This document shows positions 11,011 to 24,869 of a stretch of 43,491 bases of DNA, piece after piece. Within the stretch, counting starts at the first letter, position 1; every line of letters begins with the position of its first letter. Location: positions 1-43,491 of the forward strand of contig CAYVOC010000011.1 in the NCBI GenBank assembly GCA_964453345.1, written 5' to 3'. A model generated the notes under the pieces. It ran no database searches and was not told where the DNA came from. It saw only the letters and a list, made by a program, of their open reading frames with translations. The position numbers were made by a program, and so were the translations under genes. The DNA comes from an uncultured Aquificales bacterium. Its GTDB lineage: Bacteria; Thermosulfidibacterota; Thermosulfidibacteria; Thermosulfidibacterales; Thermosulfidibacteraceae.

Positions 11011-11869
11011 TTTCGTGCTTGTTACCGGTATGTCGGGTGCAGGCAGAACCACAGCGCTCAAGGCCCTTGAGGATGTGGGCTTCTACTGTATTGATAATCT
11101 GCCCGTTCCCTTTCTCAGGGAGATAGCCTCCTACTGCAAAAGCAGCGGGAAGAAGGATAGGGTTGCGGTGGGGCTTCAGATCCTCAGCTCCACGGAGGTT
11201 GAGGATTTCATATGCACTCTTGAAGGGCTGAGGGAGCTTGTGGAGGTGAGGCTTATCTTTCTGGAGGCAGAGGATGGGGTCCTTCTCAGGAGGTTCAAGG
11301 AGACAAGAAGATTCCATCCCCTGATGAAGGGATCCATTCTTGAATCCATAGAGCAGGAGAGAAGGCTTTTAGAGCCTGTGAAGAGGGCGGCCTGGCAGGT
11401 GATAGACACCAGCAACATGAACAGCTACGCCTTAAGGAGGCTCATCTTTGATCTGTTTTACGGCCTGGTCAATAAGCTGTTTCAGGTTTCCATAACCTCC
11501 TTCGGTTTCAAATACGGCATACCCTCTTACATAGATATGCTTTTCGATGTCAGGTGCCTGCCCAATCCCTATTATGAAGAGTCCCTGAGGGATCTGGACG
11601 GCAGGGACGAGAGGGTGAAAAGATTTGTCTTTTCCGATGATGGGCGTTTCCTCGAGCTTATGTGGGGCTTTGTGAAGGAGTCTGTCCTCTTTCTGAGGCG
11701 GGATGGGAGGCTAAATATTAATATTGGAGTGGGATGCACGGGCGGGGTTCACAGGTCCGTGGCCGTCGCCGAATGGCTGGGGAATAATCTGCTGGAGGAG
11801 GGATACAGGGTCTCTGTATATCACAGGGAGCTTGGACAGTATAAGAACCTGCTGGGGGCATCTCCGTGA
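10991..11869 (+). CDS. rapZ: RapZ/YvcJ-family P-loop protein
   Basis: TGMSGAGRT, IDNLP, ETRR.HP, SFGFKYG, DVRCLPNPY, GCTGGVHRSV. Confidence 0.92.
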   Translation: MGEGLSSFVLVTGMSGAGRTTALKALEDVGFYCIDNLPVPFLREIASYCKSSGKKDRVAVGLQILSSTEVEDFICTLEGLRELVEVRLIFLEAEDGVLLRRFKETRRFHPLMKGSILESIEQERRLLEPVKRAAWQVIDTSNMNSYALRRLIFDLFYGLVNKLFQVSITSFGFKYGIPSYIDMLFDVRCLPNPYYEESLRDLDGRDERVKRFVFSDDGRFLELMWGFVKESVLFLRRDGRLNINIGVGCTGGVHRSVAVAEWLGNNLLEEGYRVSVYHRELGQYKNLLGASP

Positions 11870-12144
11870 AGAAGGGAAAGGTGGTTGTTTCAAACAAACT
11901 CGGGATACACGCCAGGGTGGCCGCTGAGATAGTCAGGGAGGCGAGCAGATACAAGTCCACCATATATGTTGAAAAGGTGGATGATGGGATGAAGGCCAAT
12001 TGTAAGAGCATCCTCGGGCTTTTAGCCCTTGGTGCAGGCAGGGGAACGGTTTTGAATCTTGAGGTTGATGGGGAGGATGAGAACCAGGCCTTTGAGGCGT
12101 TGAGGAAAATCTTTGAGGGAGATGACGGTGAGAAGGGTGTATAA
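11866..12144 (+). CDS. ptsH: HPr-family phosphocarrier
   Basis: GIHAR (His15 site) and KSILGLLAL (Ser46 site). Confidence 0.9.
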   Translation: MKKGKVVVSNKLGIHARVAAEIVREASRYKSTIYVEKVDDGMKANCKSILGLLALGAGRGTVLNLEVDGEDENQAFEALRKIFEGDDGEKGV

Positions 12145-13705
12145 AGGATTTTCGCTTTCGCCGGGAGTTGCCAAGGGGAGGGTGGTCTTCTCCTTCCACA
12201 CCCGGCCGGAGGTGGGCAAAAGGCGTTCCTTTCAGTTTTCCGATGAGGTGAGGCGCTTCTTTAAGGCCCTTGGGGCCGCCAAGCGGGATCTTGAGCTTAT
12301 GAAATCAAGAATTGCCAAATCCCAGGTCCAGAAGGAGGTCCTTGATGTTGTGGATGTCTATCTCATGTTCATAGAGGACCCGTCCTTTTCCGATTATGTG
12401 GTTGACAAGATAAGGTCGGGGTATCCTGCCGATGTTGCCATCTTTGATTTCTTCAACGAATACGCTGAGAAGTTGCTTTCTGCCGGTGACAGGTATCTCA
12501 GGGAGAGGGTCAAGGACATAAAGTATGTCAAGAGATTTTTGCTCAACAAGCTCTTTCAGACGGAGATAGACTGGGACGAGGTGGCTTCCAGGGGCGATAT
12601 TCTGGTCATTCCCTTTATCTCCCCCGTGGATGTGGTCAGCGTGGCGGAAAGGGGGATAAGGGGAATTGTGGTGGAGAAGGGGAGTGAGACCTCCCACACA
12701 AGCATAGTGGCCCGATCCATGGGCATACCCATGGTGAAGCTTCCCGATGCCACAGAGCTTCTGAGGGAAGGGGAGCTGGTTCTGATTGATGGAGATAAGG
12801 GTGAGGTGGTTGTGGAGCCCCTTGAGGATGAGGTCCACGCATCTCCGGAGGTGGTTGAGAGGGTTGAGGTTGGGAGGCTTCCCGTTGAGATCTACGCCAA
12901 CGTGGATTTCCCTGAAGAGGCCAAGGTTTTGAAGGACATGGGGGCAGCCGGCATAGGCATATTCAGGACCGAGTATATGTATCTTATTGTCAGAAGCTGG
13001 CCCTCGGAGGATTTTCAGAGGGAGTATATAAAGAGGCTTCTTTCGCATCTTCCTGAAGATATGCCTGTTACCATAAGGATTGCGGATCTGGGGGGAGATA
13101 AGGTTCCTGTTTACGCCGAGCACATGCGGGAGGTGCTTGACTACAGGGGGATAAGGTTCTTCATGAAAGAAGAGGGCCTCTTTATGATCCATCTCAGGGC
13201 CATAATGTCCGCCTTTAAGGGAAGGGTCTTGAGGCTCCTTATTCCCATGGTCTCCGATGTTCTGGAGGTTGAGTGGGTGAAGGAAAGGGTTCAGGCCCTT
13301 ATGGGTGAGCTTGAGGATAGACCTGAGAGGGTTCTTGTGGGAGCCATGGTGGAGACGCCGGCTGGAGTCATAAATATCAGGGAGATTTCCAAAAAAGTAG
13401 ATTTTGTGAGCATAGGCAGCAACGATCTTACGAGTTTTCTGTTCGGTATGGACAGGGAGTGCAAGCTGCCCGAATACCTCGAGCCCCCCAACAACATGGT
13501 TGTTATTGAGTGCATAAAGAGGATCCTCAGGGTCTGTTCTCCGGAAAGGGTAACCCTGTGCGGTGAGGTTGCCAGATCTGAGAAGTATCTGCCCTATATC
13601 CTTTCCACGGGCCTGAAGAAGCTGAGCGTGAATCCCGCCTTTATTCCCAAGCTGAAGCTGTGGCTGTGGGAGCACTTAAAATCCGAAGAAGGGGGTGCAT
13701 CATGA
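12122..13705 (+). CDS. ptsI: PEP-protein phosphotransferase (enzyme I, no GAF domain)
   Basis: [10 protein letters not shown] phospho-His, FRTEY, DLGGDK, MVETP, SIGSNDL, CGE; start is 12113 (TTG) or 12122 (ATG). Confidence 0.85.
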   Translation: MTVRRVYKGFSLSPGVAKGRVVFSFHTRPEVGKRRSFQFSDEVRRFFKALGAAKRDLELMKSRIAKSQVQKEVLDVVDVYLMFIEDPSFSDYVVDKIRSGYPADVAIFDFFNEYAEKLLSAGDRYLRERVKDIKYVKRFLLNKLFQTEIDWDEVASRGDILVIPFISPVDVVSVAERGIRGIVVEKGSETSHTSIVARSMGIPMVKLPDATELLREGELVLIDGDKGEVVVEPLEDEVHASPEVVERVEVGRLPVEIYANVDFPEEAKVLKDMGAAGIGIFRTEYMYLIVRSWPSEDFQREYIKRLLSHLPEDMPVTIRIADLGGDKVPVYAEHMREVLDYRGIRFFMKEEGLFMIHLRAIMSAFKGRVLRLLIPMVSDVLEVEWVKERVQALMGELEDRPERVLVGAMVETPAGVINIREISKKVDFVSIGSNDLTSFLFGMDRECKLPEYLEPPNNMVVIECIKRILRVCSPERVTLCGEVARSEKYLPYILSTGLKKLSVNPAFIPKLKLWLWEHLKSEEGGAS

Positions 13706-14247
13706 GGGTGATGGCCGAAAAGAGGCTTTCAAACGGCAGGGTGATAAAGGTCATTCTGGGCGATATAACTGAGGAGGAGACCGACGCCATCGTGAACGCT
13801 GCCAATTCCCACCTCAAACACGGAGGCGGTGTTGCCGGTGCCATTGTCAGAAAGGGTGGGAGGATCATTCAGGAGGAGAGCGATAGGATAGGCTACTGTC
13901 CCGTTGGGAAGGCGGTTTATACGAGTGCCGGAAAGCTTAAGGCCAAGTATGTTATACACGCCGTTGGCCCCCGCTGGGGCGAGGGGGACGAGGAGAGAAA
14001 ACTGAGGAGTGCGGTGAGAAGCGCCCTTGAGGTGGCAACCCAGCTCGGGTTGAAGAGCGTTGCTATTCCCGCCATAAGCACCGGCATATTCGGGTATCCC
14101 AAGAGGGAGGGGACGAAGGTGATACTTGATGAGGTGGTGAAGTTTCTCAAGGGGGAGGATACCACCCTTGAGGAGGTTCACCTTACCAACATAGATGAGG
14201 AGACCACAAAGCTTTTTGTTGAACACTTGGAGGGGGTTGAGCCATGA
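13702..14247 (+). CDS. Macro-domain ADP-ribose binding/hydrolase (MacroD/YmdB type)
   Basis: [42 protein letters not shown] overlap with ptsI. Confidence 0.92.
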   Translation: MRVMAEKRLSNGRVIKVILGDITEEETDAIVNAANSHLKHGGGVAGAIVRKGGRIIQEESDRIGYCPVGKAVYTSAGKLKAKYVIHAVGPRWGEGDEERKLRSAVRSALEVATQLGLKSVAIPAISTGIFGYPKREGTKVILDEVVKFLKGEDTTLEEVHLTNIDEETTKLFVEHLEGVEP

Positions 14248-15155
14248 GGCCTGTGGCTGTGGATAGGGTGAGGATAACCATCCTTGTGGATAACTATTAC
14301 GATGTGCTTCTTCCATCAACGGATCGTGTGAAGAGGGTGGGGCCCGGTCAGACCAAAAAGCCCCTGATGGCCGGGCATGGCTATTCCCTTTTTGTGGAGG
14401 TTTTTGAGGGGAACAACTCTGCCAATATGCTGGTGGACTTCTGCCATTCTCCGGTGGTTCTTCTGAACAACATGGAGTCCCTCGGCATAGATCCCGATTC
14501 TGTTGAGGTGGCCTTTCTCACCCATGGTCACTACGATCATTTCGGCGGGCTTGTTGGTTTTGCAAGGGCCCGTTCGAAACCTGTAACCGTTTATCTGCAT
14601 CCGGATGCCTTTTACCCCAAGTTTGTGGTGACCCCTGCTGGAAGGCGCGGCCCCTGGCAGCTGAATAGATCTGAATGTGAAGATGCCGGGGTTCTCTTCA
14701 GTGAAGTGAACATGCCTTCCGTTGTGAACAACTACTTCCTCATATCGGGGGAGATAGAGAGGACAACGGATTTTGAGAAGCCCTGGCAGGCGGCCAGGGT
14801 TATAAAGGGGGAGAGGGAGGTTCTGGATCTGTTCATAGACGAGCAGGCGGTGGGGATTCTGGTTAAAGACAGGGGGCTTGTTGTGCTTTCGGGCTGTTCC
14901 CATCCGGGCATAGTCAACATTGTCAGGCACATGCATAATATAACCGGGGAGAGGATCCTCTGCGTTATAGGCGGTTTCCACTGGAGCATCCTTCCGGACG
15001 AGGTGGTGGAAAAATCCCTTGATGCTCTGCTCGAGCTTGATCCGGAGCTGGTTGTTCCATGCCACTGCACGGGGTTCAGGCCTTCGTGCATGGCGGCAGG
15101 TAAACTCGGAAGCAGATTTGCCGTAAGCAGTGTGGGATCGCGCATAGAATTTTGA
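14244..15155 (+). CDS. MBL-fold metallo-hydrolase
   Basis: [33 protein letters not shown]. Confidence 0.85.
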   Translation: MRPVAVDRVRITILVDNYYDVLLPSTDRVKRVGPGQTKKPLMAGHGYSLFVEVFEGNNSANMLVDFCHSPVVLLNNMESLGIDPDSVEVAFLTHGHYDHFGGLVGFARARSKPVTVYLHPDAFYPKFVVTPAGRRGPWQLNRSECEDAGVLFSEVNMPSVVNNYFLISGEIERTTDFEKPWQAARVIKGEREVLDLFIDEQAVGILVKDRGLVVLSGCSHPGIVNIVRHMHNITGERILCVIGGFHWSILPDEVVEKSLDALLELDPELVVPCHCTGFRPSCMAAGKLGSRFAVSSVGSRIEF

Positions 15156-15165
15156 GGGGGATAAG

Positions 15166-15576
15166 ATGAAAAAGCTTCGGTTTCTTACTCTATTTGCAGC
15201 CCTTTTTCTTCTCGGGCTTGGGGGAAGGGGAGTTGAACAGTTCAGATCCATTCCCCTCCCGGAAAAGAACTTCACCGCCGTTGTCACGGATAGGGCGGGG
15301 GTTGTGACAAGGGTCTCTCTTTTCAGCTGGGAAGGTCAGGTTTACTTTGCGGGATACCGGGGGGACGGTGTCTTCACCGTGTATTTTGGAAAGGTGGCGA
15401 GGGCCGAGTTTGGTGAGCCTGAAAGGGGCAGGGTGCCCGTAAGGCTTTATCTGCGTGATGGCTCGACCTTTGAGATGAAGATGGACGCTGAGAAGTTTTT
15501 CTACGGCAAAACCAACATCGGAAACTTTAGGATAAAGGTTTCCAAGGTGAAGCTGATAGAGATAGAGGAGGGATAG
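15166..15576 (+). CDS. Hypothetical exported beta-rich protein
   Basis: GAGGGG RBS, signal-peptide-like N-terminus, fills the gap between flanking genes. Confidence 0.7.
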   Translation: MKKLRFLTLFAALFLLGLGGRGVEQFRSIPLPEKNFTAVVTDRAGVVTRVSLFSWEGQVYFAGYRGDGVFTVYFGKVARAEFGEPERGRVPVRLYLRDGSTFEMKMDAEKFFYGKTNIGNFRIKVSKVKLIEIEEG

Positions 15577-16437
15577 ATGGCTCTGATAGGTGTTATAGGC
15601 GGATCCGGTCTCTATCAGATGGAGGAATTTGAGGTTGTTGAAAGGATAGATCTGCCCACTCCCTTTGGCATGCCCTCGGATGCCCTTGTTCTGGGGAGGC
15701 TCTCCGGGAGGGATGTGGTCTTCTTGCCCAGACACGGGGTCGGGCACAGGTTCTGTCCCGGTGAGATCAACTACAGGGCGAATATCTGGGCCATGAAGAA
15801 GCTCGGGGTGGAATGGATCATATCGGTGAGTGCGGTTGGTTCCATGAAGGAAGAGATAAAACCGGGGGACTTCGTTATACCCCTGCAGTTTATGGATATG
15901 ACAAAGGGCAGGCCCAGCACCTTCTTTGGGAACGGGATCGTGGCCCATGTCTCCTTTGCCGATCCGGTGTGTCCCGATCTTTCGAGGATACTCTATGAGA
16001 CCGCTGAATCCTTGGGATACAGGGTCCATTTCGGCGGCACCTACATATGCATAGAGGGTCCCCAGTTCTCTTCGAGGGCGGAGTCCATGCTTTACAGAAG
16101 CTGGGGCGTCGATGTTATAGGGATGACCAACGCAACCGAGGCAAAGCTGGCGAGGGAGGCGGAGATCTGTTACGCGACCATTGCCATGGCAACCGATTAT
16201 GACTGCTGGCACGAGGAAGAGGAGGATGTTAGTGCCGATGCGGTTATAAAGGTGCTGATGGACAATGTGGAGAGGGCGAAGCGCCTGATAGCCGAGGTTG
16301 TTCCCAAAATTCCCGAAGAGAGGACCTGCAGCTGCAAGGACGCCTTGGCAACGGGGATAATAACTCCAGAGGACAAGATACCCCTGGAGGTGAAAAGGGC
16401 CCTGGCGCCCATCATCGGGAGATACATGAAGGCATGA
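15577..16437 (+). CDS. mtnP: S-methyl-5'-thioadenosine phosphorylase
   Basis: [51 protein letters not shown]. Confidence 0.93.
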   Translation: MALIGVIGGSGLYQMEEFEVVERIDLPTPFGMPSDALVLGRLSGRDVVFLPRHGVGHRFCPGEINYRANIWAMKKLGVEWIISVSAVGSMKEEIKPGDFVIPLQFMDMTKGRPSTFFGNGIVAHVSFADPVCPDLSRILYETAESLGYRVHFGGTYICIEGPQFSSRAESMLYRSWGVDVIGMTNATEAKLAREAEICYATIAMATDYDCWHEEEEDVSADAVIKVLMDNVERAKRLIAEVVPKIPEERTCSCKDALATGIITPEDKIPLEVKRALAPIIGRYMKA

Positions 16438-17246
16438 GGGTGGCCTTTATCGGTGCGGGAAGGGTTGGCCTTTCCCTTGCCCTCTTCATGAAGGGCAGGG
16501 GAGTCGATGTGGTGGGGGTGTATTCCCGCAGTGCGTCCTCAAGGGCGAGGGCTGAGGCCCTGCTTGGAAGAGGGCTTGTGTTTGAGAGCATGCATGAGCT
16601 GCCCGGTTCCGATATAGTTTTTTTGACTGTTAGCGACGGTGCCATAGCCTCTGTGGCGGAAGAGGCTAGAAGGATCTTTCCGGATGCCGTTATGGTTCAC
16701 ACGAGCGGTGCCCATCCCTCAAGCCTCATACCGGGTTCGGGAAGGGCGTCTCTGCATCCCCTGCAGAGTTTGTCCGATGTCCATCAGGCCCAGGAGCTTA
16801 TTCCCGAAAGCCTTTTCACCCTTGAGGGGGATGAGACGGGAGTGGAGACTGTGGGTAAGCTCCTGGATGGGCTTGGGTTGAGATACGAGATAATAGATGA
16901 AAGGGGCAAGGTTTTTTATCATGCGGCGGCTGTGGTGGCATCAAATTACTTAGTCACCCTTATGGAAAGGGCGCTCAGGATAATGGAGCTATCGGGCTTC
17001 CCGGTTGAGACAGGCCTTGAGGGGCTTGTTGCCCTTGCACGGGGAACCCTGAAAAATATAGAAGTTAAGGGTGTTCCCGATGCCCTCACCGGTCCCATAG
17101 CCAGGGGGGATTGGGATACGGTCAGGATGCACGTGAATGCTTTGAGGAGGTATCCGCAGCTGCTCGATTTTTACAGGTTCATGGGGAAACTTACGGCAAA
17201 CATGATAGGAGACGAGTGGAGGATCCATGAGGATACTGGCCCTTGA
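16434..17246 (+). CDS. Rossmann-like + DUF2520 oxidoreductase (PanG-type ketopantoate reductase candidate)
   Basis: [35 protein letters not shown]. Confidence 0.8.
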   Translation: MRVAFIGAGRVGLSLALFMKGRGVDVVGVYSRSASSRARAEALLGRGLVFESMHELPGSDIVFLTVSDGAIASVAEEARRIFPDAVMVHTSGAHPSSLIPGSGRASLHPLQSLSDVHQAQELIPESLFTLEGDETGVETVGKLLDGLGLRYEIIDERGKVFYHAAAVVASNYLVTLMERALRIMELSGFPVETGLEGLVALARGTLKNIEVKGVPDALTGPIARGDWDTVRMHVNALRRYPQLLDFYRFMGKLTANMIGDEWRIHEDTGP

Positions 17247-17883
17247 TACCACAACCCCTCTTTTGAGCGTGGCCGTTATGGCCGATGATGCGGTTCTTGC
17301 CCAGATGAGCTGTTCCGCTAAAAGATCCACATCCTCGAGGCTCTTTCCCATGATAGATACCCTTTTGAACTACGCCGGACTCAGGAAAGGGGATATTGAT
17401 TTTATCGCCCTGACCGTTGGTCCGGGGTCCTTTACGGGAGTCAGGGTTGGGGTTGCGGCGGTAAAGGGCCTTGCCTATGCCCTTAAAAGAGAGGTTATAG
17501 CTGTTTCCACCTTGGAGGCCATGGCCCATCTCTATCCGCTTGAAGGAATGCTTCTCTTCCCCCTTCTGGATGCGAGAAGGGGGATGTTCTACGGTGCCAT
17601 GTTCAGATACATAAATGGCTCCCTTGAGAGGCTTACGGAGGATGCCCTCTTGAGTCGGGAGGATGTGGAGAGGGTTTCGGGATCTGTAACGTTTATAGGG
17701 GAGGTTGCATCCCGCCTTGGCTATCCATCCTTGCCCTTCAGGGAGCTTGCCCCCTCTGTTGCCCGCATCGCCCGGAAAAGGGCTGAAAGGGGCGAATTCA
17801 CCCGCCTTTTCGATCTCAAGCCAGTCTATCTGAGGCCCTCGGATGCAGAGGAGACAAGGGGTATCATCGTCTATAAGGATTAG
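17227..17883 (+). CDS. tsaB: t6A biosynthesis protein TsaB
   Basis: [31 protein letters not shown]. Confidence 0.92.
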   Translation: MRILALDTTTPLLSVAVMADDAVLAQMSCSAKRSTSSRLFPMIDTLLNYAGLRKGDIDFIALTVGPGSFTGVRVGVAAVKGLAYALKREVIAVSTLEAMAHLYPLEGMLLFPLLDARRGMFYGAMFRYINGSLERLTEDALLSREDVERVSGSVTFIGEVASRLGYPSLPFRELAPSVARIARKRAERGEFTRLFDLKPVYLRPSDAEETRGIIVYKD

Positions 17884-18304
17884 AGAGGCCTCCCTTTTAG
17901 ATGTCCCGAGGATAGCAAAGATAGAAAAAAAGGTTTATCCCAGGCCCTGGAGCTGGGATGCCTTCTTTTCGGAGTTTTTTAAGTCCTATTCAAGAATCTT
18001 TGTTGCAGAGTGCAACGGCAGGGTGTGTGGTTATCTGGTCCTGTGGCTTTTCCCCCCTGAGGCCTACATAGCCAATGTGGCCGTTGATCCTGAAAGCCAG
18101 GGAAAGGGTGTGGGAAGCGCCCTGCTTGAACATGTGGTTGCCTACTGCCAGGATGAACAGATAAGCTGCATAACCCTTGAGGTGAGGAGAAGCAATCTCA
18201 GAGCCCAGGCCTTATACAAAAGGTTTGGTTTTGAGGTGGTTGGGATAAGGAGAGGAATGTATCACGACGGTGAGGATGGACTGATAATGGAAAAACTGCT
18301 ATAA
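17843..18304 (+). CDS. rimI: RimI-like N-acetyltransferase
   Basis: [35 protein letters not shown]; follows tsaB; start uncertain. Confidence 0.85.
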   Translation: MQRRQGVSSSIRIREASLLDVPRIAKIEKKVYPRPWSWDAFFSEFFKSYSRIFVAECNGRVCGYLVLWLFPPEAYIANVAVDPESQGKGVGSALLEHVVAYCQDEQISCITLEVRRSNLRAQALYKRFGFEVVGIRRGMYHDGEDGLIMEKLL

Positions 18305-18305
18305 A
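18277..18305 (+). promoter_or_regulatory. Putative sigma70 promoter for the DUF465-ilv operon
   Basis: TGGACT (18277-18282), 17-nt spacer ending in TG-n, then TATAAA (18300-18305); AT-rich gap followed by AGGAGG. Confidence 0.4.
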
Positions 18306-18334
18306 ATTAAGTCAAACTTTCAGGAGGTGCCGGG

Positions 18335-18565
18335 ATGACCGAGCAGGAGATCATTGAGAAGTTGATGGAAAAGAATGAAGAATTCAGGGCGCTAAAGGAA
18401 AAACACGCTCAGCTTGAGGAGCGTTTGGAGGAGCTTCAGAAAAAGCTATACCTCACCACCGAGGAGGAGCTTGAGGTTAAGGCCATAAAGAGGCAGAAGC
18501 TTGAGTTGAAGGACAAGATGAACGAGATCATCTCAAAGGTGAAAAGAGGGGAGATTCAGCTATGA
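18335..18565 (+). CDS. DUF465/YdcH-like small coiled-coil protein
   Basis: EFRAL..KH..LE and KRQKLELKD pattern; AGGAGG RBS. Confidence 0.75.
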   Translation: MTEQEIIEKLMEKNEEFRALKEKHAQLEERLEELQKKLYLTTEEELEVKAIKRQKLELKDKMNEIISKVKRGEIQL

Positions 18566-20238
18566 GGAGCGATGAGGTCAGAAGGGGAATAGAGAGGGTT
18601 CCCCACAGGGCGCTTCTTTATGCCACAGGTGTCCCCAAAAGGGCCATGGAGGAGATGCCCTTTGTGGGGATCGTGAGCAGCTTTACCGATCTGATCCCCG
18701 GCCATGTGGGGATGAGGGATCTTGAGCGCTGGATAGAGAAGGGGATACATTCTGCCGGTGGATACGCCTTCATCTTTTCCGTTCCCGGCATCTGTGATGG
18801 TGTGGCCATGGGCCATTCGGGCATGAAGTATTCCCTCCCCTCAAGGGAGCTTATCGCCGATATGATAGAGTGCATAGTTGAGGCCCACAAGCTTGACGGG
18901 CTGGTCTTTTTAACCAACTGCGACAAGATAACGCCGGGCATGCTGATGGCTGCAGCCAGGATAAACGTTCCTGCTATAGTCGTGACCGCCGGTCCCATGC
19001 AGTCGGGAAGGATCGGGAGAAAGAGGTTGTCCCTTGTGAGGGACACCTTTGAGGCTGTGGGAAGGTTCAAGGCAGGGGAGATAACCGAAGGTGAGCTTGA
19101 GCTTTGTGAGATGGAGGCCTGTCCCGGTCAGGGGTCCTGTCAGGGCCTCTACACCGCCAACACCATGGCCTGCTGCACCGAGGCCATGGGCATGTCTCTT
19201 CCTGGCTGTGCAACCGCCGTTGCCGGGCTTGCCAAAAAGCGGAGGATCGCCTTCGATTCGGGATACAGGGTGGTGGAGCTTATAAGGGAGGGGATAAGGC
19301 CCAAGGATATCATGACCAAGGAGGCCATACACAACGCCATAAGGATAGATATGGCCCTCGGTGGTTCCACCAACGCCGTTCTGCACCTGACCGCCATTGC
19401 CAATGAGGCCGGCGTCAGGCTTGATCTTAGGGACTTCGACAGAATATCTAAGGAGACGCCCCATATATCAAACCTCAGGCCCGGCGGCGATTACATGATG
19501 GAGGATCTCGATGCCGCGGGGGGAATCCCTGCCGTTATGAAGAGGCTGAAGGAGCTGCTCAACGATGTTCCAACCGTGTCCGGTAAGACTGTTTATCAGA
19601 TAGCGGATGAGGCCGTTATATTCGATGAGGATGTGATAAGGCCCCTCGATAATCCCTATCACAAAGAGGGTGGGATTGCGGTCCTTTACGGAAACCTTGC
19701 TCCCGATGGCGCCGTTATAAAGCAGACGGCTGTGAGTGAGAAGATGATGGAGTTCACCGGTAGGGCGAGGGTCTTTGATTCTGAAGAGGCGGCCATGGAG
19801 GCCATACTCGGTGGAAGAATAAAGCCTGGCGATGTGGTTGTCATAAGGTATGAGGGTCCCAAGGGCGGCCCGGGGATGAGGGAGATGCTTGCCCCCACCT
19901 CCGCCATAGTCGGCATGGGGCTTTCCGATTCCGTTGCGCTTATAACGGATGGCAGGTTCTCCGGCGGAACCAAGGGGCCGTGCATAGGCCACGTCTCCCC
20001 TGAGGCTGCCGAGGGCGGTCCCATAGGGCTGCTCGAGGATGGGGATGAGATCTACATAAACATACCGGAGAGAAGGCTTGAGGTGAGGCTCAGCGAGGAT
20101 GAGCTTAAAAAGAGAAGGGAGCGCTGGCAGCCTCCGGAGCCCAAGGTCAAGAGGGGTTATCTTGCAAGATACGCTAAGTTTGTCACCTCAGCTTCCACAG
20201 GTGCCGTATACAAAGATGTGGTTGAGGAGGGGAAATGA
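18562..20238 (+). CDS. ilvD: Dihydroxy-acid dehydratase
   Basis: [49 protein letters not shown]. Confidence 0.97.
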   Translation: MRSDEVRRGIERVPHRALLYATGVPKRAMEEMPFVGIVSSFTDLIPGHVGMRDLERWIEKGIHSAGGYAFIFSVPGICDGVAMGHSGMKYSLPSRELIADMIECIVEAHKLDGLVFLTNCDKITPGMLMAAARINVPAIVVTAGPMQSGRIGRKRLSLVRDTFEAVGRFKAGEITEGELELCEMEACPGQGSCQGLYTANTMACCTEAMGMSLPGCATAVAGLAKKRRIAFDSGYRVVELIREGIRPKDIMTKEAIHNAIRIDMALGGSTNAVLHLTAIANEAGVRLDLRDFDRISKETPHISNLRPGGDYMMEDLDAAGGIPAVMKRLKELLNDVPTVSGKTVYQIADEAVIFDEDVIRPLDNPYHKEGGIAVLYGNLAPDGAVIKQTAVSEKMMEFTGRARVFDSEEAAMEAILGGRIKPGDVVVIRYEGPKGGPGMREMLAPTSAIVGMGLSDSVALITDGRFSGGTKGPCIGHVSPEAAEGGPIGLLEDGDEIYINIPERRLEVRLSEDELKKRRERWQPPEPKVKRGYLARYAKFVTSASTGAVYKDVVEEGK

Positions 20239-21989
20239 AGCTTAAGGGCAGCGATATCTTTTGGGAGATGCTGATAAAGGAGGGGGTTGAGGTAGTCTTT
20301 GGCCTTCCGGGCGGTGCAGTCATAAACATATACGACTCATACCCCAAGTATAGGGATAAGATAAAGCATATCCTCGTTCGCCATGAGCAGGCGGCCGTTC
20401 ACGCCGCGGACGGATACGCAAGGTCCACGGGAAGATGCGGTGTCGCCCTTGTCACCTCCGGTCCCGGCGCCACCAACACGGTCACGGGAATAGCAACAGC
20501 CTACATGGACTCATCCCCCGTTGTGGTCTTCACGGGCCAGGTCCCCACTGCTTTGATAGGCAACGATGCCTTTCAGGAGGCCGATATAGTCGGTATCACC
20601 AGGCCCTGCACCAAGTATAACTACCTTGTTAAGAGCACCGAGGATCTGCCCAGGGTGATAAAGGAGGCCTTTTACATAGCCTCAACGGGTAGGCCCGGCC
20701 CCGTTCTGGTTGATATGCCCAAGGATGTGGTGGTGGGGGAGGCGGACTTCGTCTATCCGGAGAAGGTTGAGAGAAGGGGCTACAATCCCAACATAAAGGG
20801 GCATCCCCTGCAGGTGGAGAAGGCCGTTAAGGCTATGGTCAGGGCTTCAAGGCCCCTCATCTACGCCGGCGGAGGGATAAACTGGGCCAACGCCTTTGAT
20901 GAGTTGAGGGAGCTTGCCGAAAGAATCCACGCACCTGTCACCCTGACCCTGATGGGACTGGGGGCCTTTCCCGGGGATCACCCCCTCTTTTTAGGAATGC
21001 TCGGTATGCACGGAACCTATGCCGCCAACATGGCGGTTACAGAGTGCGATCTTCTGATAGCTGTGGGCGCAAGGTTTGACGACAGGGTGACGGGAAGGGT
21101 TGAGGATTTCGCTCCCGATGCCGTCAAGATCCACATAGATATAGATCCCGCCTCCATAAGCAAGAACGTTATAGTTGATATCCCCATAGTGGGAGACGCC
21201 AAGGTTGTGTTGAGGCAGATTTTGCAGGCGCTGGATAGGGTGGATGTGGACTGGGAGAAGAAGCACAGGGACTGGCTTGAGAGAATCGAGGCCTGGAAGA
21301 GGGAGCATCCATTGACCTACGAGAAGAGCGACAGGGTCATAAAGCCCCAGCAGGTTATTGAGACCATATACGAGCTTACCCAGGGCAACGCCTACATATG
21401 CACCGAAGTGGGACAGCATCAGATGTGGGCGGCCCAGTTTTACAAGCATAAGTATCCCAGACACTTCATAACCTCGGGTGGATTGGGGACCATGGGCTTC
21501 GGCTTCCCCGCCGCCATAGGCGTTCAGGTGGCCCATCCCGACGCCTTAGTGATAGACATAGCGGGAGACGGCAGCATACAGATGAACATACAGGAGCTTG
21601 CAACGGTTGCCCAGTATGATCTTCCCGTTAAGGTTGTGATAATAAATAACGGCTATCTGGGTATGGTGAGGCAGTGGCAGCAGCTCTTCTTTGACAGGGT
21701 CTATTCCGAAACCGATATCTCAGTTCAGCCGGACTTTGTGAAGCTTGCAGATGCCTACGGGATAAGGGGCATGGTGGTGGAAAAGCCCGCTGAGCTTAAA
21801 TCCGCTCTCAAGGACGCCTTTGAATACAAGGGTCCCGTGATTGTTGATGTGAGAGTGGACAGGGAGGAGAATGTTCTTCCCATGGTGCCAGCGGGGGCCT
21901 CTGTAAGGCAGATGATACTTGAGGAGCCTAAAACCACGGAGAACGGCGATGCCCTTAAGAAGATGAAACCCATAAACTTCCCGTCGTGA
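20235..21989 (+). CDS. ilvB: Acetolactate synthase large subunit
   Basis: [32 protein letters not shown] ThDP motif, GMVRQWQ. Confidence 0.97.
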   Translation: MKLKGSDIFWEMLIKEGVEVVFGLPGGAVINIYDSYPKYRDKIKHILVRHEQAAVHAADGYARSTGRCGVALVTSGPGATNTVTGIATAYMDSSPVVVFTGQVPTALIGNDAFQEADIVGITRPCTKYNYLVKSTEDLPRVIKEAFYIASTGRPGPVLVDMPKDVVVGEADFVYPEKVERRGYNPNIKGHPLQVEKAVKAMVRASRPLIYAGGGINWANAFDELRELAERIHAPVTLTLMGLGAFPGDHPLFLGMLGMHGTYAANMAVTECDLLIAVGARFDDRVTGRVEDFAPDAVKIHIDIDPASISKNVIVDIPIVGDAKVVLRQILQALDRVDVDWEKKHRDWLERIEAWKREHPLTYEKSDRVIKPQQVIETIYELTQGNAYICTEVGQHQMWAAQFYKHKYPRHFITSGGLGTMGFGFPAAIGVQVAHPDALVIDIAGDGSIQMNIQELATVAQYDLPVKVVIINNGYLGMVRQWQQLFFDRVYSETDISVQPDFVKLADAYGIRGMVVEKPAELKSALKDAFEYKGPVIVDVRVDREENVLPMVPAGASVRQMILEEPKTTENGDALKKMKPINFPS

Positions 21990-22002
21990 GGGGGAAAGGG
22001 GT

Positions 22003-24140
<2,138 letters not shown>

Positions 24141-24144
<4 letters not shown>

Positions 24145-24869
24145 GGCTTTATCTTTTGCCAAATCTTCTGACCACGGGCAATCTTTTTTTTGGCTTTTAC
24201 TCAATCGTTTCTACTGTTAATGGAGATTACGAAAGGGCTGCATGGGTCATTTTTCTCTCCATGCTCATGGATATCCTTGACGGTAGGGTGGCCCGCATAA
24301 CCAACACCACCAGCCTCTTCGGCGTGAATTACGACTCCCTTGCAGATCTGGTCTCCTTTGGAGTTGCCCCTTCCCTTCTGATCTACAAGTGGGCGCTCAT
24401 GCCCATGGGAAGGGTGGGGTGGCTTGTGGCCTTTCTCTTTATTGCCTGCGGCGCTTTGAGGCTCGCAAGGTTCAACGTTATGGTCACCTCCTCCAGCTCA
24501 AAGGAATTTGTAGGGCTGCCCATACCCGCTGCGGCGGGGCTTCTGGCATCATACTATCTGTTTGTCTCCAAGGGGCTTCTTTTGAAGGATATGCGGGTTT
24601 GTGCCTTTCTGGCCGCCTTCTTCATGTTTACCGCTTCTCTGCTTATGGTGAGCAAATTCTCTTACCTGGCGTTGAAAGGGGGGCTTTCCAGCAGAGCCTC
24701 CTTTGCCCTTATGATCTGCTTTGTCCTTGCCCTTTTTGTGGTGGCCTCTTACCCTTCGCTCTTTCTCTTTCTGGTCTTCTTCCTCTACTACCTTTCCGGT
24801 CCCGCCCTTTACCTGAGGAGGGGGCTGTCCTCCTCTGTTGGGAAGGCGGAGGAGCAGAATGGGATTTAA
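24141..24869 (+). CDS. pssA: CDP-diacylglycerol-serine O-phosphatidyltransferase
   Basis: [40 protein letters not shown]. Confidence 0.93.

Noticed and set aside
3902-14247. GcvH-like + macrodomain as a SirTM-type lipoyl/ADP-ribosylation module
   Set aside because: The genes are more than 9 kb apart on opposite strands, there is no sirtuin or lipoate ligase in the window, and the GcvH lacks the lipoyl Lys.
15577-16437. MtnP as the missing MqnB (futalosine hydrolase)
   Set aside because: It has canonical MTA phosphorylase motifs and is not linked to the mqn genes; mqnB and mqnD may lie outside the window.
18305-18565. Possible ilv attenuator or leader peptide
   Set aside because: The upstream ORF is a DUF465-like protein, not an Ile/Leu/Val-rich leader; no terminator/antiterminator or T-box is visible.
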